From Patescibacteria group bacterium (GTDB taxonomy: Bacteria > Patescibacteriota > CPR2 > UBA1875), in contig JAQVJW010000003.1 of the NCBI GenBank assembly GCA_028694925.1, positions 1-50,918 on the forward strand: 50,918 nt of DNA, in the 5' to 3' direction. The position numbers and the translations under genes were made by a program. The notes under the pieces are model-generated. The model ran no database searches. It was given only the letters and a program-made list of their open reading frames with translations, and was not told where the DNA came from. Numbering within the stretch: position 1 is the first letter of the stretch; every line of letters starts with the position of its first letter. Of the stretch, positions 17,052 through 27,579 are shown one piece after another.

Positions 17052-20000
17052 ATGGCACAATCTTCGAATGTGGCGACCTCGGTAAAGAGAAAATATTACC
17101 GGCCGCTAGAATCGGTTTTAGACCTCCCAAATTTAATTGAAATCCAAACTAATTCTTACGAATGGTTTATCCGAGAGGGTATTAAAGAAGTTCTCGATGA
17201 AGTCAGCCCGATTGTTGACTTCTCTGGGAATCAATACTCTCTTTCCTTCGGTAATTATTACCTCGATGAGCCTAAGTACTCCGAAAAAGATTCCCGTAAA
17301 AAGAAGATTAACTATGAAGCCCCACTCAAAGTAGAGGTTTCTTTAAAGAATCTTGAAACTGGGAAAGTAAAAAAGCAAGAAGTTTTCCTTTCTGACTTAC
17401 CACTTATGACCGAGCAAGGCACCTTTATCATAAACGGTGTCGAACGGGTTATTATCTCCCAGCTTGTTAGGAGTGCTGGGGTATTCTTTACTGCGGAAGA
17501 AGTGGGGGGAAATAAGTTCTTTGGAGCAAAGGTCATTCCTGGCCGGGGTGCTTGGCTTGAACTCGAAACAGCTACAAATGGAGCGATCTATGCCAAGATC
17601 GACAGAAGAAGAAAGATTCCAATCACAACTTTGGTTCGGGCCTTTGGAGCATCAACTGATGAAGAGATTAAAAAGCTTTTTCGTGATGTTAATACTGACC
17701 CCGATATGAACTACATAGAGGCTACTCTCGAGAAGGACGTTACTACAAACGCCGACGAAGCCTTTATTGAGATTTACAAAAAGATTCGCCCTGGTGATCT
17801 TGCGACAGCCGAGAATGCCCGTCAACTTATTGAAGGGATGTTCTTTGACTTTAAGAAGTATGACCTATCGAGGGTTGGTCGTTACAAGATGAATCGGATG
17901 CTTGGATTTGATGTCCCAAACAAAAAAGAGAATCGTATTCTCCGAAAAGAAGATTTTATCGCAATTGTTAAAGAAGTAATCAAACGGAACGTTACACAGG
18001 GTGAGGCAACCGATATCGACCACCTTGCAAACAGAAGAGTAAGAGCAGTTGGGGAGCTTCTACAGCAACGATTCCGAGTCGGGGTTCTAAGGGCTGAGAG
18101 GAATATCAAAGACAGGATGTCGACCGCCGATCCTAAAGTGGTTAGTCCCTCATCGCTTATAAATATCCGGCCAATCTCTTCTGTCATCAAAGAGTTTTTC
18201 GCCTCGTCTCAGCTTTCTCAATTCATGGATCAAACAAACCCACTCTCAGAGCTTGTAAACAAGCGGCGTCTTTCAGCTTTAGGGCCTGGTGGGCTCAGCA
18301 AAGAGCGGGCTGGTTTTGATGTCCGTGATGTACACCGGACTCACTATGGCCGTATTTGTCCAAATGAAACTCCAGAAGGTCCAAATATTGGGCTTGTAAA
18401 CTATCTTGCTTCATATGCCAGAGTTAATGAATATGGCTTCCTTGAGACCCCTTATAGGAAGGTTATCGGTCGGGTTGCAAATGATGGTAAAGCAGCCGAG
18501 GGTTACAAGATGGGAGAAACGATCACAGGAATCGGGAAAAAAGGCGAGAAGATCACAAAGACAATTGCGGGAAAAATCGCAAAAAAGAAAGACCTAAAAG
18601 AGATTAAAGTTATTCCAGTTGTGACTAAAGAGGTTGAATACTTAACCGCTGATGTAGAAGAGGCGGCTGTTATTGCGCAGGCTAATACTGAGATCACAAG
18701 TGATGGTCATTTTAAAAACGAATTAATTACCGTTCGTAAAAATGGTGAAGCTGCCGAAGCTTCGATAGATGAAGTAACCTATATGGATGTTGCTTCAGAG
18801 CAGATTGTTTCTGTCTCGACTGGGCTTGTGCCGTTTCTTGAACATGATGATGGTAAGAGAAACTTGATGGCTGCCAACATGCAACGTCAGGCAGTCCCCC
18901 TCCTTGCCCCAGAAGCCCCAATTGTCGGAACAGGTCTTGAAAAGAAAGTTGCCAAAGATTCTGGGCTAACAATCTTTGCCCCTGAGCCTGGTAAAGTCCT
19001 TTCAGTTACGGGGGCTACTCTTAAGGTAAGATTCGATAAGAGGGGTGAGGAGCTCATCGAGCTTAAAAAGTATCAAAGAACTAATGATGACACCTGTATT
19101 AACCAACGAGCGGTAGTCGAAGAAGGCCACAGATTCAAGAAGGGCGATGTCCTTATAGATGGTCCGGCGGCCGAGGGAGGAGAACTCGCGATTGGTCAAA
19201 ACCTCCTTGTCGCCTACATGGCCTTCTCTGGTTACAACTATGAAGACGCCATTATAATCTCAGAACGGTTGGTCAAAGAAGATACCTATAGTTCAGTTCA
19301 TCTTGAACTCTTTACGATTGACGTTCGGGACACAAAGCTTGGTGCCGAGATGGTGACGAGAGATATCCCAAATGTATCCGAGGAATCACTTCGAAACCTT
19401 GATGAAGACGGTATTATCAGAATTGGGGCTGAGGTAGAGCCAGGTGATATCCTGGTTGGTAAAATTACACCAAAAGGGGAGACAGAGCTTTCGGCCGAGG
19501 AGAGGCTCCTTCGGGCTATCTTTGGTGAAAAGGCTCGGGATGTTAAAGATACCTCACTTCGGGTTCAACCTGGAGTTCATGGTAAGGTCGTTGATGTTTC
19601 TGCAAGAGAAAGAGATAAAGGAGATGATCTTCCAGCCGGGGTTATAAAACAAATAGATGTTCTTGTCGCAAAATTAGTTAAAATTACGGTGGGAGATAAG
19701 ATGGCGAACCGTCACGGTAACAAAGGTGTTATCGCTCGGATTGCTCCAGTTGAAGATATGCCCTATCTTGCCGATGGTACCCCAGTTGATATGGTTCTAA
19801 ACCCACTTGGCGTCTCGGCTCGTATGAATGTTGGGCAGATTCTTGAAACTCATCTTGGTTGGGCGGCCCTTGCTCTTGGCATTAAGGTTGCCTCACCAGT
19901 ATTTATGGGACCTTCCCCAGAGATGATCAAAGAAGAACTTAGAAATGCCGGTCTCCCAGAAGATGGGAAAACCGTCCTTTATGACGGCCGAACTGGAGAT

Positions 20001-20555
20001 GCCTTCGAGGAGCGGGTAACGGTCGGCATAACCTATGTGCTTAAGCTACACCACATGGTGGAAGACAAGATCCACGCTCGGTCAATTGGTTCATATGCGA
20101 TGGTTACTCAGCAACCACTTGGTGGTAAGGCGCAATTCGGTGGACAACGTTTCGGTGAAATGGAAGTTTGGGCCCTTGAGGCCTATGGGGCAGCTCATAC
20201 CCTCCAAGAGGTTCTAACGATTAAATCAGATGATGTTCTTGGGCGTTCAAGAGCCTATGAAGCCATCATTAAAGGTGATGTTATCACCGAACCTCGAGTG
20301 CCAGAATCTTTCAATGTGCTTGTAAAAGAGCTTCAAGGGCTTGGTCTTGCGATTGACCTTCTCTCAGATGTCAAAAATGAAGAGGTTTCGGCTGACGAAG
20401 TGATTGAAGAAGGTTACGAAGAGGGGATTAAAGATTTAAAAGACTCGGGTCTTATTGAGGGAAGTGTAGCGGCTAATCTACCGAAGATAGATGTTGAAAA
20501 GGAGGCTCAGATAGATGAATTTGAGGCTATAAAGGAGGATAAAGATGCAAAATAG
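17052..20555 (+). CDS. rpoB: RNA polymerase beta subunit
   Basis: SQLSQFMDQ, ETPEGPNIGL, NYEDA, GDKMANRHGNKG, GGQRFGEMEVWALEAYGA. Confidence 0.99.
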   Translation: MAQSSNVATSVKRKYYRPLESVLDLPNLIEIQTNSYEWFIREGIKEVLDEVSPIVDFSGNQYSLSFGNYYLDEPKYSEKDSRKKKINYEAPLKVEVSLKNLETGKVKKQEVFLSDLPLMTEQGTFIINGVERVIISQLVRSAGVFFTAEEVGGNKFFGAKVIPGRGAWLELETATNGAIYAKIDRRRKIPITTLVRAFGASTDEEIKKLFRDVNTDPDMNYIEATLEKDVTTNADEAFIEIYKKIRPGDLATAENARQLIEGMFFDFKKYDLSRVGRYKMNRMLGFDVPNKKENRILRKEDFIAIVKEVIKRNVTQGEATDIDHLANRRVRAVGELLQQRFRVGVLRAERNIKDRMSTADPKVVSPSSLINIRPISSVIKEFFASSQLSQFMDQTNPLSELVNKRRLSALGPGGLSKERAGFDVRDVHRTHYGRICPNETPEGPNIGLVNYLASYARVNEYGFLETPYRKVIGRVANDGKAAEGYKMGETITGIGKKGEKITKTIAGKIAKKKDLKEIKVIPVVTKEVEYLTADVEEAAVIAQANTEITSDGHFKNELITVRKNGEAAEASIDEVTYMDVASEQIVSVSTGLVPFLEHDDGKRNLMAANMQRQAVPLLAPEAPIVGTGLEKKVAKDSGLTIFAPEPGKVLSVTGATLKVRFDKRGEELIELKKYQRTNDDTCINQRAVVEEGHRFKKGDVLIDGPAAEGGELAIGQNLLVAYMAFSGYNYEDAIIISERLVKEDTYSSVHLELFTIDVRDTKLGAEMVTRDIPNVSEESLRNLDEDGIIRIGAEVEPGDILVGKITPKGETELSAEERLLRAIFGEKARDVKDTSLRVQPGVHGKVVDVSARERDKGDDLPAGVIKQIDVLVAKLVKITVGDKMANRHGNKGVIARIAPVEDMPYLADGTPVDMVLNPLGVSARMNVGQILETHLGWAALALGIKVASPVFMGPSPEMIKEELRNAGLPEDGKTVLYDGRTGDAFEERVTVGITYVLKLHHMVEDKIHARSIGSYAMVTQQPLGGKAQFGGQRFGEMEVWALEAYGAAHTLQEVLTIKSDDVLGRSRAYEAIIKGDVITEPRVPESFNVLVKELQGLGLAIDLLSDVKNEEVSADEVIEEGYEEGIKDLKDSGLIEGSVAANLPKIDVEKEAQIDEFEAIKEDKDAK

Positions 20556-23500
20556 GGAAATGAAAGAAGAACACAGAGCCGAGGATTTTAGCGCTATTAG
20601 AATTTCGATTGCCTCACCAGAAGATATCTTAAAGTGGTCTCACGGCGAGGTCACCAAACCAGAGACAATCAATTATCGTACCCTAAAGCCAGAGAAAGAC
20701 GGTCTATTCTGCGAGCGAATTTTTGGTCCAGATAAAGACTGGGAGTGTTACTGTGGTAAATACAAGAAAATTAGACATAAAGGGGTCGTCTGCGACAAGT
20801 GTGGGGTTGAGGTTACAAGGAGTGTTGTCAGACGTGAACGAATGGGCCATATTGAGCTCGCTGTTCCGGTAACCCATATTTGGTTTCTTCGAGGTGTTCC
20901 ATCCTCAATTGGTCTTGTCCTTGGGATGAGCGTTCGTGACCTTGAAAGGGTAGTCTATTTTATCTCATATATCGTTACTGAGGTAGATGAAGCGGCCAGA
21001 GAAGAGATGAAGAAATCGCTTGATAGGGAATTTAAGGATAAAAAGAAAAAATATACCAAGGAAATAGAAGATGAAAAAGAGCTTAAAGAGAAGCTTGAAC
21101 ACCTAGACCAGAGTCTTAAAGATGCCCGAAGTGAACTTGTCGCGATTCAAAAATATTCGGTTCTCTCGGAACTTAAATATCGAGAGTACTCACTTAAGTA
21201 TGGTAACGTCTTTAAGGCCCAGATCGGGACCGAAGCCATCCTTGAGCTACTTCGCGAAATCGACCTAAAGAAACTAGAAGAGGAACTTGAAGCCGAGGTG
21301 GCAGAGTTTACTGGCCAAAAGAAAAAGAAATCCCTAAAGAGACTCAAGGTTATTCAGGGGCTACTCTCCGCCAATATCAGGCCGGAGTGGATGATCGTCA
21401 AGAACTTACCGGTTATTCCTCCAGGGCTTAGGCCAATGGTTCAGCTTGATGGTGGTCGTTTTGCAACCGCTGATCTTAACGACCTTTATCGAAGGGTTAT
21501 CAACCGCAATAATCGTCTTAAGAAGCTAATTGCTCAGGATGCCCCAGAAGTGATTATCAGAAACGAAAAGAGAATGCTTCAGGAAGCGGTTGACGCCTTA
21601 ATTGATAATAATGCGAGGAGAGATAAAGCCGCCAGTGGTCAAAATAGACGAAAGCTTCGTTCAATCGCTGACATGCTTAAAGGTAAACAAGGCCGTTTTC
21701 GACAGAACCTTCTAGGAAAGCGAGTTGACTACTCCGGTCGTTCTGTAATTGTGGCCGGACCAGAGCTTAAGATGGAGCAGTGTGGTCTTCCGAAGATGAT
21801 GGCTCTTGAGCTCTTTAAGCCATTTGTGATCTCAAAACTTGTTGGTAGCGGTATTGCTCATAATATTAAGAGCGCTTCAAGGATGATTGAAAGAGGTCAT
21901 AGTGAGGTTTGGGATGCCCTTGATGAAGTAATAGAGAATAAATACGTACTTCTAAACCGAGCGCCAACTCTTCACCGTTTGGGTATTCAGGCCTTCTTAC
22001 CAGTCCTAATTGAAGGTAAGGCTATTCAGCTTCATCCTTTAGTTTGTGAGGCCTATAACGCAGACTTTGACGGAGACCAGATGGCGGTTCATGTACCGTT
22101 ATCTCGGATGGCTCAAGCGGAAGCAGAGCAAATCATGATCTCAAGAAGAAACCTCCTAAAGCCAGCTGCTGGTGAACCGGTAGTAAATCCACGTCATGAG
22201 ATGACCCTTGGAATCTACTGGATGACCCAAGAAGAAGAGGGTGCTAAAGGAGAAGGGAAAATCTTCGGAACAGAGGAAGAGGCCATCACTTTCTATAATA
22301 TCGGGGCCGTCTCCCTTCGAGCTAAAGTTAAAATTCGAGTTAAGGGAAAAGTGCTTGATACAACAATCGGTCGGGTAGTCTTTAACCAAAAGCTTCCGGA
22401 AGATATGGAGTTTATAAACGAAGAGATTAGTAAGAAGAAAACGATGGAGATCATCAAAAAGCTCTATGATAATTATGGTTCAGAAGCAACCTCAGAATTC
22501 CTTGATGGAATTAAGGACCTTGGATTTAAGTTTGCTACCAGGTCCGGACTCTCATTCTCTATGGACGATGCCACGGTACCAGTAGAGAAGGAAAAGCTTC
22601 TTGATGAGGCTGAAAAGAAGGTAATCGAAATCAGAAACCAGTTTGATGAAGGGTTCATTACAGAAGAAGAGAAATATACGTTGGCCGTAAAAATTTGGGA
22701 AGAAGCCAAAGAAAAAATCCAAGCAACAATGGAAAAGTCCCAAGATCCTAATTCGTTCCTTACAATCGCAAAAGACTCAGGAGCAAGAGGTGATATTAAG
22801 CAGATTAACCAGATTGCTGGGATGAAGGGTAATGTGATTAATGCGGCCGGAAGAATTATTGAGCTTCCGATAAAATCAAACTATAAAGAAGGACTTTCGG
22901 CGCTTGAATTCTTCATCTCAACCCACGGTACCAGGAAAGGTTTCTCAGACACTGCTCTTCGAACTTCAGACTCCGGTTACCTTACAAGAAGGCTTGTTGA
23001 TGTTGCCCAAGAAGTGACTGTTACCGAAAAGGACTGTGGTACCAAGGACGGACTTTTGGTAACTCGAGAGGAGTCTGTAAAGATCGGGGAAGAATATTCA
23101 CAACGTTTGATCTCCCGCTACACATCTGAAAAAATAGTTGACCCTAAAACTGGCGAAGTAGTCGTCCCGCGGGGCACCCTAATTAATGAGGAAATCTATG
23201 AGTTGATTGAGAAGCATGAGATTAACGAAGTTGTGATCCGTTCAATCCTTGAATGCGATACTCACTGGGGCGTCTGCCAGAAATGTTACGGTGCAGACCT
23301 TGCTTCTGGTGAACCGGTGGCTCTTGGTACGGCGGTCGGAATCATTGCTGCCCAATCGATTGGTGAGCCGGGAACTCAGCTTACGATGCGGACCGTTAAC
23401 ACCGGTGGAATTGTCGGTGTTGACATTACTCAAGGTCTACCACGTGTTCAAGAGCTCTTTGAAGCCAGGAAGCCAAAAGGTGAGGCTGTGCTTGCTGAGA

Positions 23501-24357
23501 TCGATGGCATTGTAAAAGTAGAGGCCGAAGGGAAGATGAAAAAAATCTCGGTTATCTCCGATCTGGTTGAAACCGAAGATTACGATATCAAAGGCTTTAA
23601 ACCAGCGGTAAAAAACAATGCTTTTGTTGAGACCCGGGACATTATTGCAGAGCGTGAAGGTAAACGTCCAATCAGAGCTAAATCAACCGGAATAGTCAAA
23701 TTCCGGGGTGATAAGATGACCCTTACAAAAGAGGCCGAAATGAAAGAATATCTTGTCTCGTCTCAAGCTAAAGTCCTTATTCCAGATGGGGAGAAGGTTA
23801 CCCGAGGGACCCAAATAACTGAAGGCTCTTGGAATCTTCAAAAGGCCCTCGAGCTTTGCGGTGAAGAAGCCGTTCAGCGCTATATCACCCTTGAGATTCA
23901 AAGGATTTATGCGACTCAAGGACAGATTATCGATGATAAACATATTGAAATAATCATCAGACAAATGTTCTCTCGGGCCAGGATCGAAGACCCGGGTGAT
24001 TCTAAGTTTATCACCGGTGACATCGTCTCAAGAAAAAATCTACTTGATGAGAACGAAAGGGTAAAGAAAGCCAAAAAGAAACCGGCTGTATATGAGAACT
24101 TACTGCTTTCAATCTCAAAAGTTTCTCACTCTTCGGATAGCTGGCTTTCAGCCGCTTCTTTCCAGGAGACTAACCGAGTCCTAATTTCAGCTTCTATCGA
24201 AGGACGGGTTGATTACCTAAAAGGGCTTAAAGAAAACGTTATAATCGGTAAACTGATTCCAGTTGGTACGGGCTATGACCCAAGTATCGTTACCCCAGCA
24301 CCACTGCCGGAGAAAGAAGAGAGGATCGATACCACGGAGGAGGAAGAAGATAAATAA
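20545..24357 (+). CDS. rpoC: RNA polymerase beta' subunit
   Basis: Zn ribbon, LLGKRVDYSGR, NADFDGD, bridge helix, trigger-loop region, SAASFQET. Confidence 0.99.
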   Translation: MQNREMKEEHRAEDFSAIRISIASPEDILKWSHGEVTKPETINYRTLKPEKDGLFCERIFGPDKDWECYCGKYKKIRHKGVVCDKCGVEVTRSVVRRERMGHIELAVPVTHIWFLRGVPSSIGLVLGMSVRDLERVVYFISYIVTEVDEAAREEMKKSLDREFKDKKKKYTKEIEDEKELKEKLEHLDQSLKDARSELVAIQKYSVLSELKYREYSLKYGNVFKAQIGTEAILELLREIDLKKLEEELEAEVAEFTGQKKKKSLKRLKVIQGLLSANIRPEWMIVKNLPVIPPGLRPMVQLDGGRFATADLNDLYRRVINRNNRLKKLIAQDAPEVIIRNEKRMLQEAVDALIDNNARRDKAASGQNRRKLRSIADMLKGKQGRFRQNLLGKRVDYSGRSVIVAGPELKMEQCGLPKMMALELFKPFVISKLVGSGIAHNIKSASRMIERGHSEVWDALDEVIENKYVLLNRAPTLHRLGIQAFLPVLIEGKAIQLHPLVCEAYNADFDGDQMAVHVPLSRMAQAEAEQIMISRRNLLKPAAGEPVVNPRHEMTLGIYWMTQEEEGAKGEGKIFGTEEEAITFYNIGAVSLRAKVKIRVKGKVLDTTIGRVVFNQKLPEDMEFINEEISKKKTMEIIKKLYDNYGSEATSEFLDGIKDLGFKFATRSGLSFSMDDATVPVEKEKLLDEAEKKVIEIRNQFDEGFITEEEKYTLAVKIWEEAKEKIQATMEKSQDPNSFLTIAKDSGARGDIKQINQIAGMKGNVINAAGRIIELPIKSNYKEGLSALEFFISTHGTRKGFSDTALRTSDSGYLTRRLVDVAQEVTVTEKDCGTKDGLLVTREESVKIGEEYSQRLISRYTSEKIVDPKTGEVVVPRGTLINEEIYELIEKHEINEVVIRSILECDTHWGVCQKCYGADLASGEPVALGTAVGIIAAQSIGEPGTQLTMRTVNTGGIVGVDITQGLPRVQELFEARKPKGEAVLAEIDGIVKVEAEGKMKKISVISDLVETEDYDIKGFKPAVKNNAFVETRDIIAEREGKRPIRAKSTGIVKFRGDKMTLTKEAEMKEYLVSSQAKVLIPDGEKVTRGTQITEGSWNLQKALELCGEEAVQRYITLEIQRIYATQGQIIDDKHIEIIIRQMFSRARIEDPGDSKFITGDIVSRKNLLDENERVKKAKKKPAVYENLLLSISKVSHSSDSWLSAASFQETNRVLISASIEGRVDYLKGLKENVIIGKLIPVGTGYDPSIVTPAPLPEKEERIDTTEEEEDK

Positions 24358-24359
24358 GG

Positions 24360-24388
24360 TTGAAAAAAGCAGAAACCTTTGTTAAAAT
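24360..24388 (+). promoter_or_regulatory. str operon promoter (extended -10), very short leader
   Basis: TTGAAA, 17 nt, TGt-TAAAAT; ATG 10 nt downstream, no SD. Confidence 0.65.
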
Positions 24389-24398
24389 CTCATAGCGT

Positions 24399-24806
24399 AT
24401 GCCAACAATTAATCAATTAGTAAGAAAAGGAAGAAAGTCCAAAGGAAGAAAGTCGAAATCACCGGCTCTCGGACGAACTTTTAATACCCTAAAAGATCGT
24501 ACTCGCCCCACAAACTCTCCGTTTAAAAGAGGGGTTTGTGTTAAAGTTTCAACCGCGACACCGAAGAAGCCGAACTCTGCGCTTCGTAAGATTGCTCGTG
24601 TTCGTCTGACAAACGGCCAAGAAGTAACCGCATATATCCCAGGTATTGGTCACAACCTTCAGGAGCACAGCGTTGTTATGATCAGGGGCGGGAGAGTTAA
24701 AGACCTTCCTGGTGTTCGTTACCACATCGTTCGAGGTACCCTTGATACGGCCGGTGTTTCAGACAGAAAAAAAGGTCGCAGTAAATATGGAGCAAAGAAG
24801 GCATAA
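24399..24806 (+). CDS. rpsL: 30S ribosomal protein S12
   Basis: [28 protein letters not shown]. Confidence 0.99.
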   Translation: MPTINQLVRKGRKSKGRKSKSPALGRTFNTLKDRTRPTNSPFKRGVCVKVSTATPKKPNSALRKIARVRLTNGQEVTAYIPGIGHNLQEHSVVMIRGGRVKDLPGVRYHIVRGTLDTAGVSDRKKGRSKYGAKKA

Positions 24807-25282
24807 TGGCTAGAGACCCGAGAAGAACCACAAGGAGAATACCAGCTCCAGACAAACGCTTTGGTAATGTAATGGTGGCTAAATTCATCAATAAGATGAT
24901 GCTGGACGGTAAAAAAGGAACCGCTGAGAATCTTTTTTACTCAGCAATGGATATCGTAGCCGAAAAGACCAAAAAAGACCCTCTTCAGATTTTTGAAACC
25001 GCACTAAAGAATGCCAGCCCAAGCGTTCAGACTCGCTCAAAAAGGGTTGGTGGTTCAAACTACCAAATCCCCGTTGAGGTAAAAGGGGATCGTAAAACTC
25101 ACTATGGTATCGTTTGGATTAGGGATGCGGCGCGGGCTCGTAAGGGAGCTTCGTTTGACAAGAACTTAGCCGCTGAGCTTATGGATGCCGCCGAAGGTCA
25201 AGGGGCAGCTGTAAAGAAAAGAGAAGATACCCATAAGATGGCCGAAGCCAACAAGGCTTTTGCTCACTTTGCTAGATTTTAG
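24806..25282 (+). CDS. rpsG: 30S ribosomal protein S7
   Basis: RVGGSNYQIP, THKMAEANKAFAHF. Confidence 0.99.
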   Translation: MARDPRRTTRRIPAPDKRFGNVMVAKFINKMMLDGKKGTAENLFYSAMDIVAEKTKKDPLQIFETALKNASPSVQTRSKRVGGSNYQIPVEVKGDRKTHYGIVWIRDAARARKGASFDKNLAAELMDAAEGQGAAVKKREDTHKMAEANKAFAHFARF

Positions 25283-25313
25283 AAATTAACGATAAAGGGG
25301 ACATGAGATAACC

Positions 25314-27413
25314 ATGGCTCGAGATTATAGCTTAGAAAAAACAAGAAATATCGGAATTATCGCTCACATTGATGCCGGAAAGACGACGGTCACCGAGGGT
25401 ATCCTTTATCTTACCGGGAAGACCCATAAGATCGGAGAGGTTCATGAAGGTGAGGCGACGATGGACTGGATGGAGCAAGAGCGAGAACGAGGGATTACGA
25501 TTACCTCGGCTGCGACGACTTGTTTTTGGCAAGATAACCGCATTAATATTATCGATACTCCGGGTCACGTCGACTTTACGGTTGAAGTGGAACGGTCTCT
25601 TAGAGTGCTTGATGGGGCGGTAACTGTTTTTGATGGCAAGATGGGGGTAGAGCCTCAATCCGAGACTGTTTGGCACCAAGCCGATAAATATCACGTCCCC
25701 AGGATGTGCTTTATAAACAAGATCAACCAGACCGGTGGTGATTTCTATAAATCCCTAGATTCAATTCGAGAACGGCTTTCGAAGAATGCTTATCCGATTC
25801 AGATTCCAGTTGGTGTTGAGCAAGGGATCAACGGAGTCGTTGACCTTGTTAAGATGAAAGCATATACCTACACCGAATATCATGACAAGAAATTAGTCGA
25901 GGAAGAGGTTCCGGCCGATCTTCGTGAGAAGGCCGAGAAATATCGAGAAGAACTGCTTGAGAAGGCTGTTGAAGCCGATGAAAAACTAATGGAGAAATAC
26001 CTTTCGGGCGAAGAACTTACGGAAGAAGAGTTTAAAACCGCTATCAGAAAGAGTGTTCTTGCAGGTGATTTCTATCCGGTTTTAGGTGGTGATGGTCGGG
26101 GTGTAATCGTTGAGACTGTGCTAGACGCGGTGATCGATTATCTCCCAAATCCAACCGAAGTCCCAGCCGTAAACGGGATTGATCCCAAAAGTGGCGAAGA
26201 GGTAGAACGGAAGTCTAGCGATAGCGAGCCTTTTGCTGCGCTGGCCTTTAAGATTGCGACTGACCCGTTTGTCGGAAAGTTGGCTTTCTTCCGCGTCTAT
26301 TCTGGTACGATTAAGGCTGGGTCTTATGTTTTAAATGCAACAACCGGAACGAAGGAAAGACTTGGTCGGATCGTAATGCTCCATGCAAACCACCGTGAAG
26401 ATGTTGACGAAGTTTACGCTGGGCAAATTGCTGCTGCAGTTGGGCTTAAGGGGACGACAACCGGTGATACCCTTTGTGATCCTGATAAACCGGCGATCCT
26501 TGAATCAATCACTTTCCCAGACCCTGTTATAACAATCGCAATTGAACCAAAAACTAAAGCTGACCAAGAAAAGATGGGAATTGCTCTTCAAAAGCTAGCC
26601 GAAGAGGACCCAACTTTTGTGGTGAAATCAGACGAAGAGACCGGCCAAACCGTTATCTCTGGAATGGGCGAGCTTCATCTTGAGATTATTGTCGATAGAA
26701 TGAAACGAGAATTCAAGGTAGAAGCGAATGTTGGTAAGCCCCAAGTTGCCTACAAAGAAACCATTAAAGAAAAAGTTCAAGTTGAAGGTAAGTATATCAA
26801 ACAGTCCGGAGGTCGGGGTCAGTATGGCCATGTTTGGCTTGAGCTTGAGCCACTAGAGCCAGGTTCTGGCTTTGAATTTGTTGATAAGATTGTCGGTGGA
26901 ACAGTTCCTAAAGAATACATTAACCCTACTCAGCAAGGTATCGTTGAGGCAATGGCGAATGGTGTTGTGGCCGGCTATCCTGTTGTCGATATGCGAGCCA
27001 CCCTTTACGATGGTTCATATCATGATGTTGACTCATCAGAGATGGCCTTTAAGATCGCAGGTTCAATGGCCCTACAAAGTGGGGTAAGAAAAGCCAAGCC
27101 AGTGATCCTTGAGCCGGTGATGAAGGTAGAAGTTGTAACTCCAGAAGAGTTCATGGGTGATGTGATGGGTGATATTAACGCTAAACGTGGTCGAATCCAA
27201 AATATGGACGACCGAGGCAATGCCAAAGTTATTGATGGCTTTGTACCCCTTTCGGAGATGTTTGGCTATGCCACCCAACTTCGCTCAATGACTCAGGGCA
27301 GGGCCGCTTATGTGATGGAATTCGACCATTATGAGGAAGTACCAGGGAATATCGCTGAGGATATTAAGGCCTCAAGAGGCAGTAAGACTGAGTCAGAGCC
27401 GGAAGAAGCTTAG
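25314..27413 (+). CDS. fusA: Elongation factor G with altered G4/G5 motifs
   Basis: [42 protein letters not shown]; str-operon position. Confidence 0.98.
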   Translation: MARDYSLEKTRNIGIIAHIDAGKTTVTEGILYLTGKTHKIGEVHEGEATMDWMEQERERGITITSAATTCFWQDNRINIIDTPGHVDFTVEVERSLRVLDGAVTVFDGKMGVEPQSETVWHQADKYHVPRMCFINKINQTGGDFYKSLDSIRERLSKNAYPIQIPVGVEQGINGVVDLVKMKAYTYTEYHDKKLVEEEVPADLREKAEKYREELLEKAVEADEKLMEKYLSGEELTEEEFKTAIRKSVLAGDFYPVLGGDGRGVIVETVLDAVIDYLPNPTEVPAVNGIDPKSGEEVERKSSDSEPFAALAFKIATDPFVGKLAFFRVYSGTIKAGSYVLNATTGTKERLGRIVMLHANHREDVDEVYAGQIAAAVGLKGTTTGDTLCDPDKPAILESITFPDPVITIAIEPKTKADQEKMGIALQKLAEEDPTFVVKSDEETGQTVISGMGELHLEIIVDRMKREFKVEANVGKPQVAYKETIKEKVQVEGKYIKQSGGRGQYGHVWLELEPLEPGSGFEFVDKIVGGTVPKEYINPTQQGIVEAMANGVVAGYPVVDMRATLYDGSYHDVDSSEMAFKIAGSMALQSGVRKAKPVILEPVMKVEVVTPEEFMGDVMGDINAKRGRIQNMDDRGNAKVIDGFVPLSEMFGYATQLRSMTQGRAAYVMEFDHYEEVPGNIAEDIKASRGSKTESEPEEA

Positions 27414-27441
27414 AGAAAAAGATTAGAGATTAAGTAAGATA

Positions 27442-27475
27442 GAGATAAGGGCAATGCATAAGCGTTGCCTTTATC
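27442..27475 (+). terminator. 15-bp hairpin after fusA, probable terminator
   Basis: agataagggcaatgc-ataa-gcgttgcctttatct (with G-U pairs). Confidence 0.5.
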
Positions 27476-27504
27476 TTGTGGATAAATAAATTACGCGATA
27501 TAAT
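27476..27504 (+). promoter_or_regulatory. Promoter of micro-ORF operon; -35 overlaps a DnaA box (27477-27485)
   Basis: TTGTGG, 17 nt, TATAAT (27499-27504). Confidence 0.6.
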
Positions 27505-27579
27505 ACGCCTACTAACGGTAATGGGTGTTTGGGGTAAGCCGCGCACCTTAACTTGCAAGTTCGGAAAGGGCTGGTGCAC

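Noticed and set aside
25302-25310. ATG-AGA-TAA mini-ORF just upstream of fusA
   Set aside because: Only 2 nt from the SD, too close for initiation; the SD spacing fits the fusA ATG.
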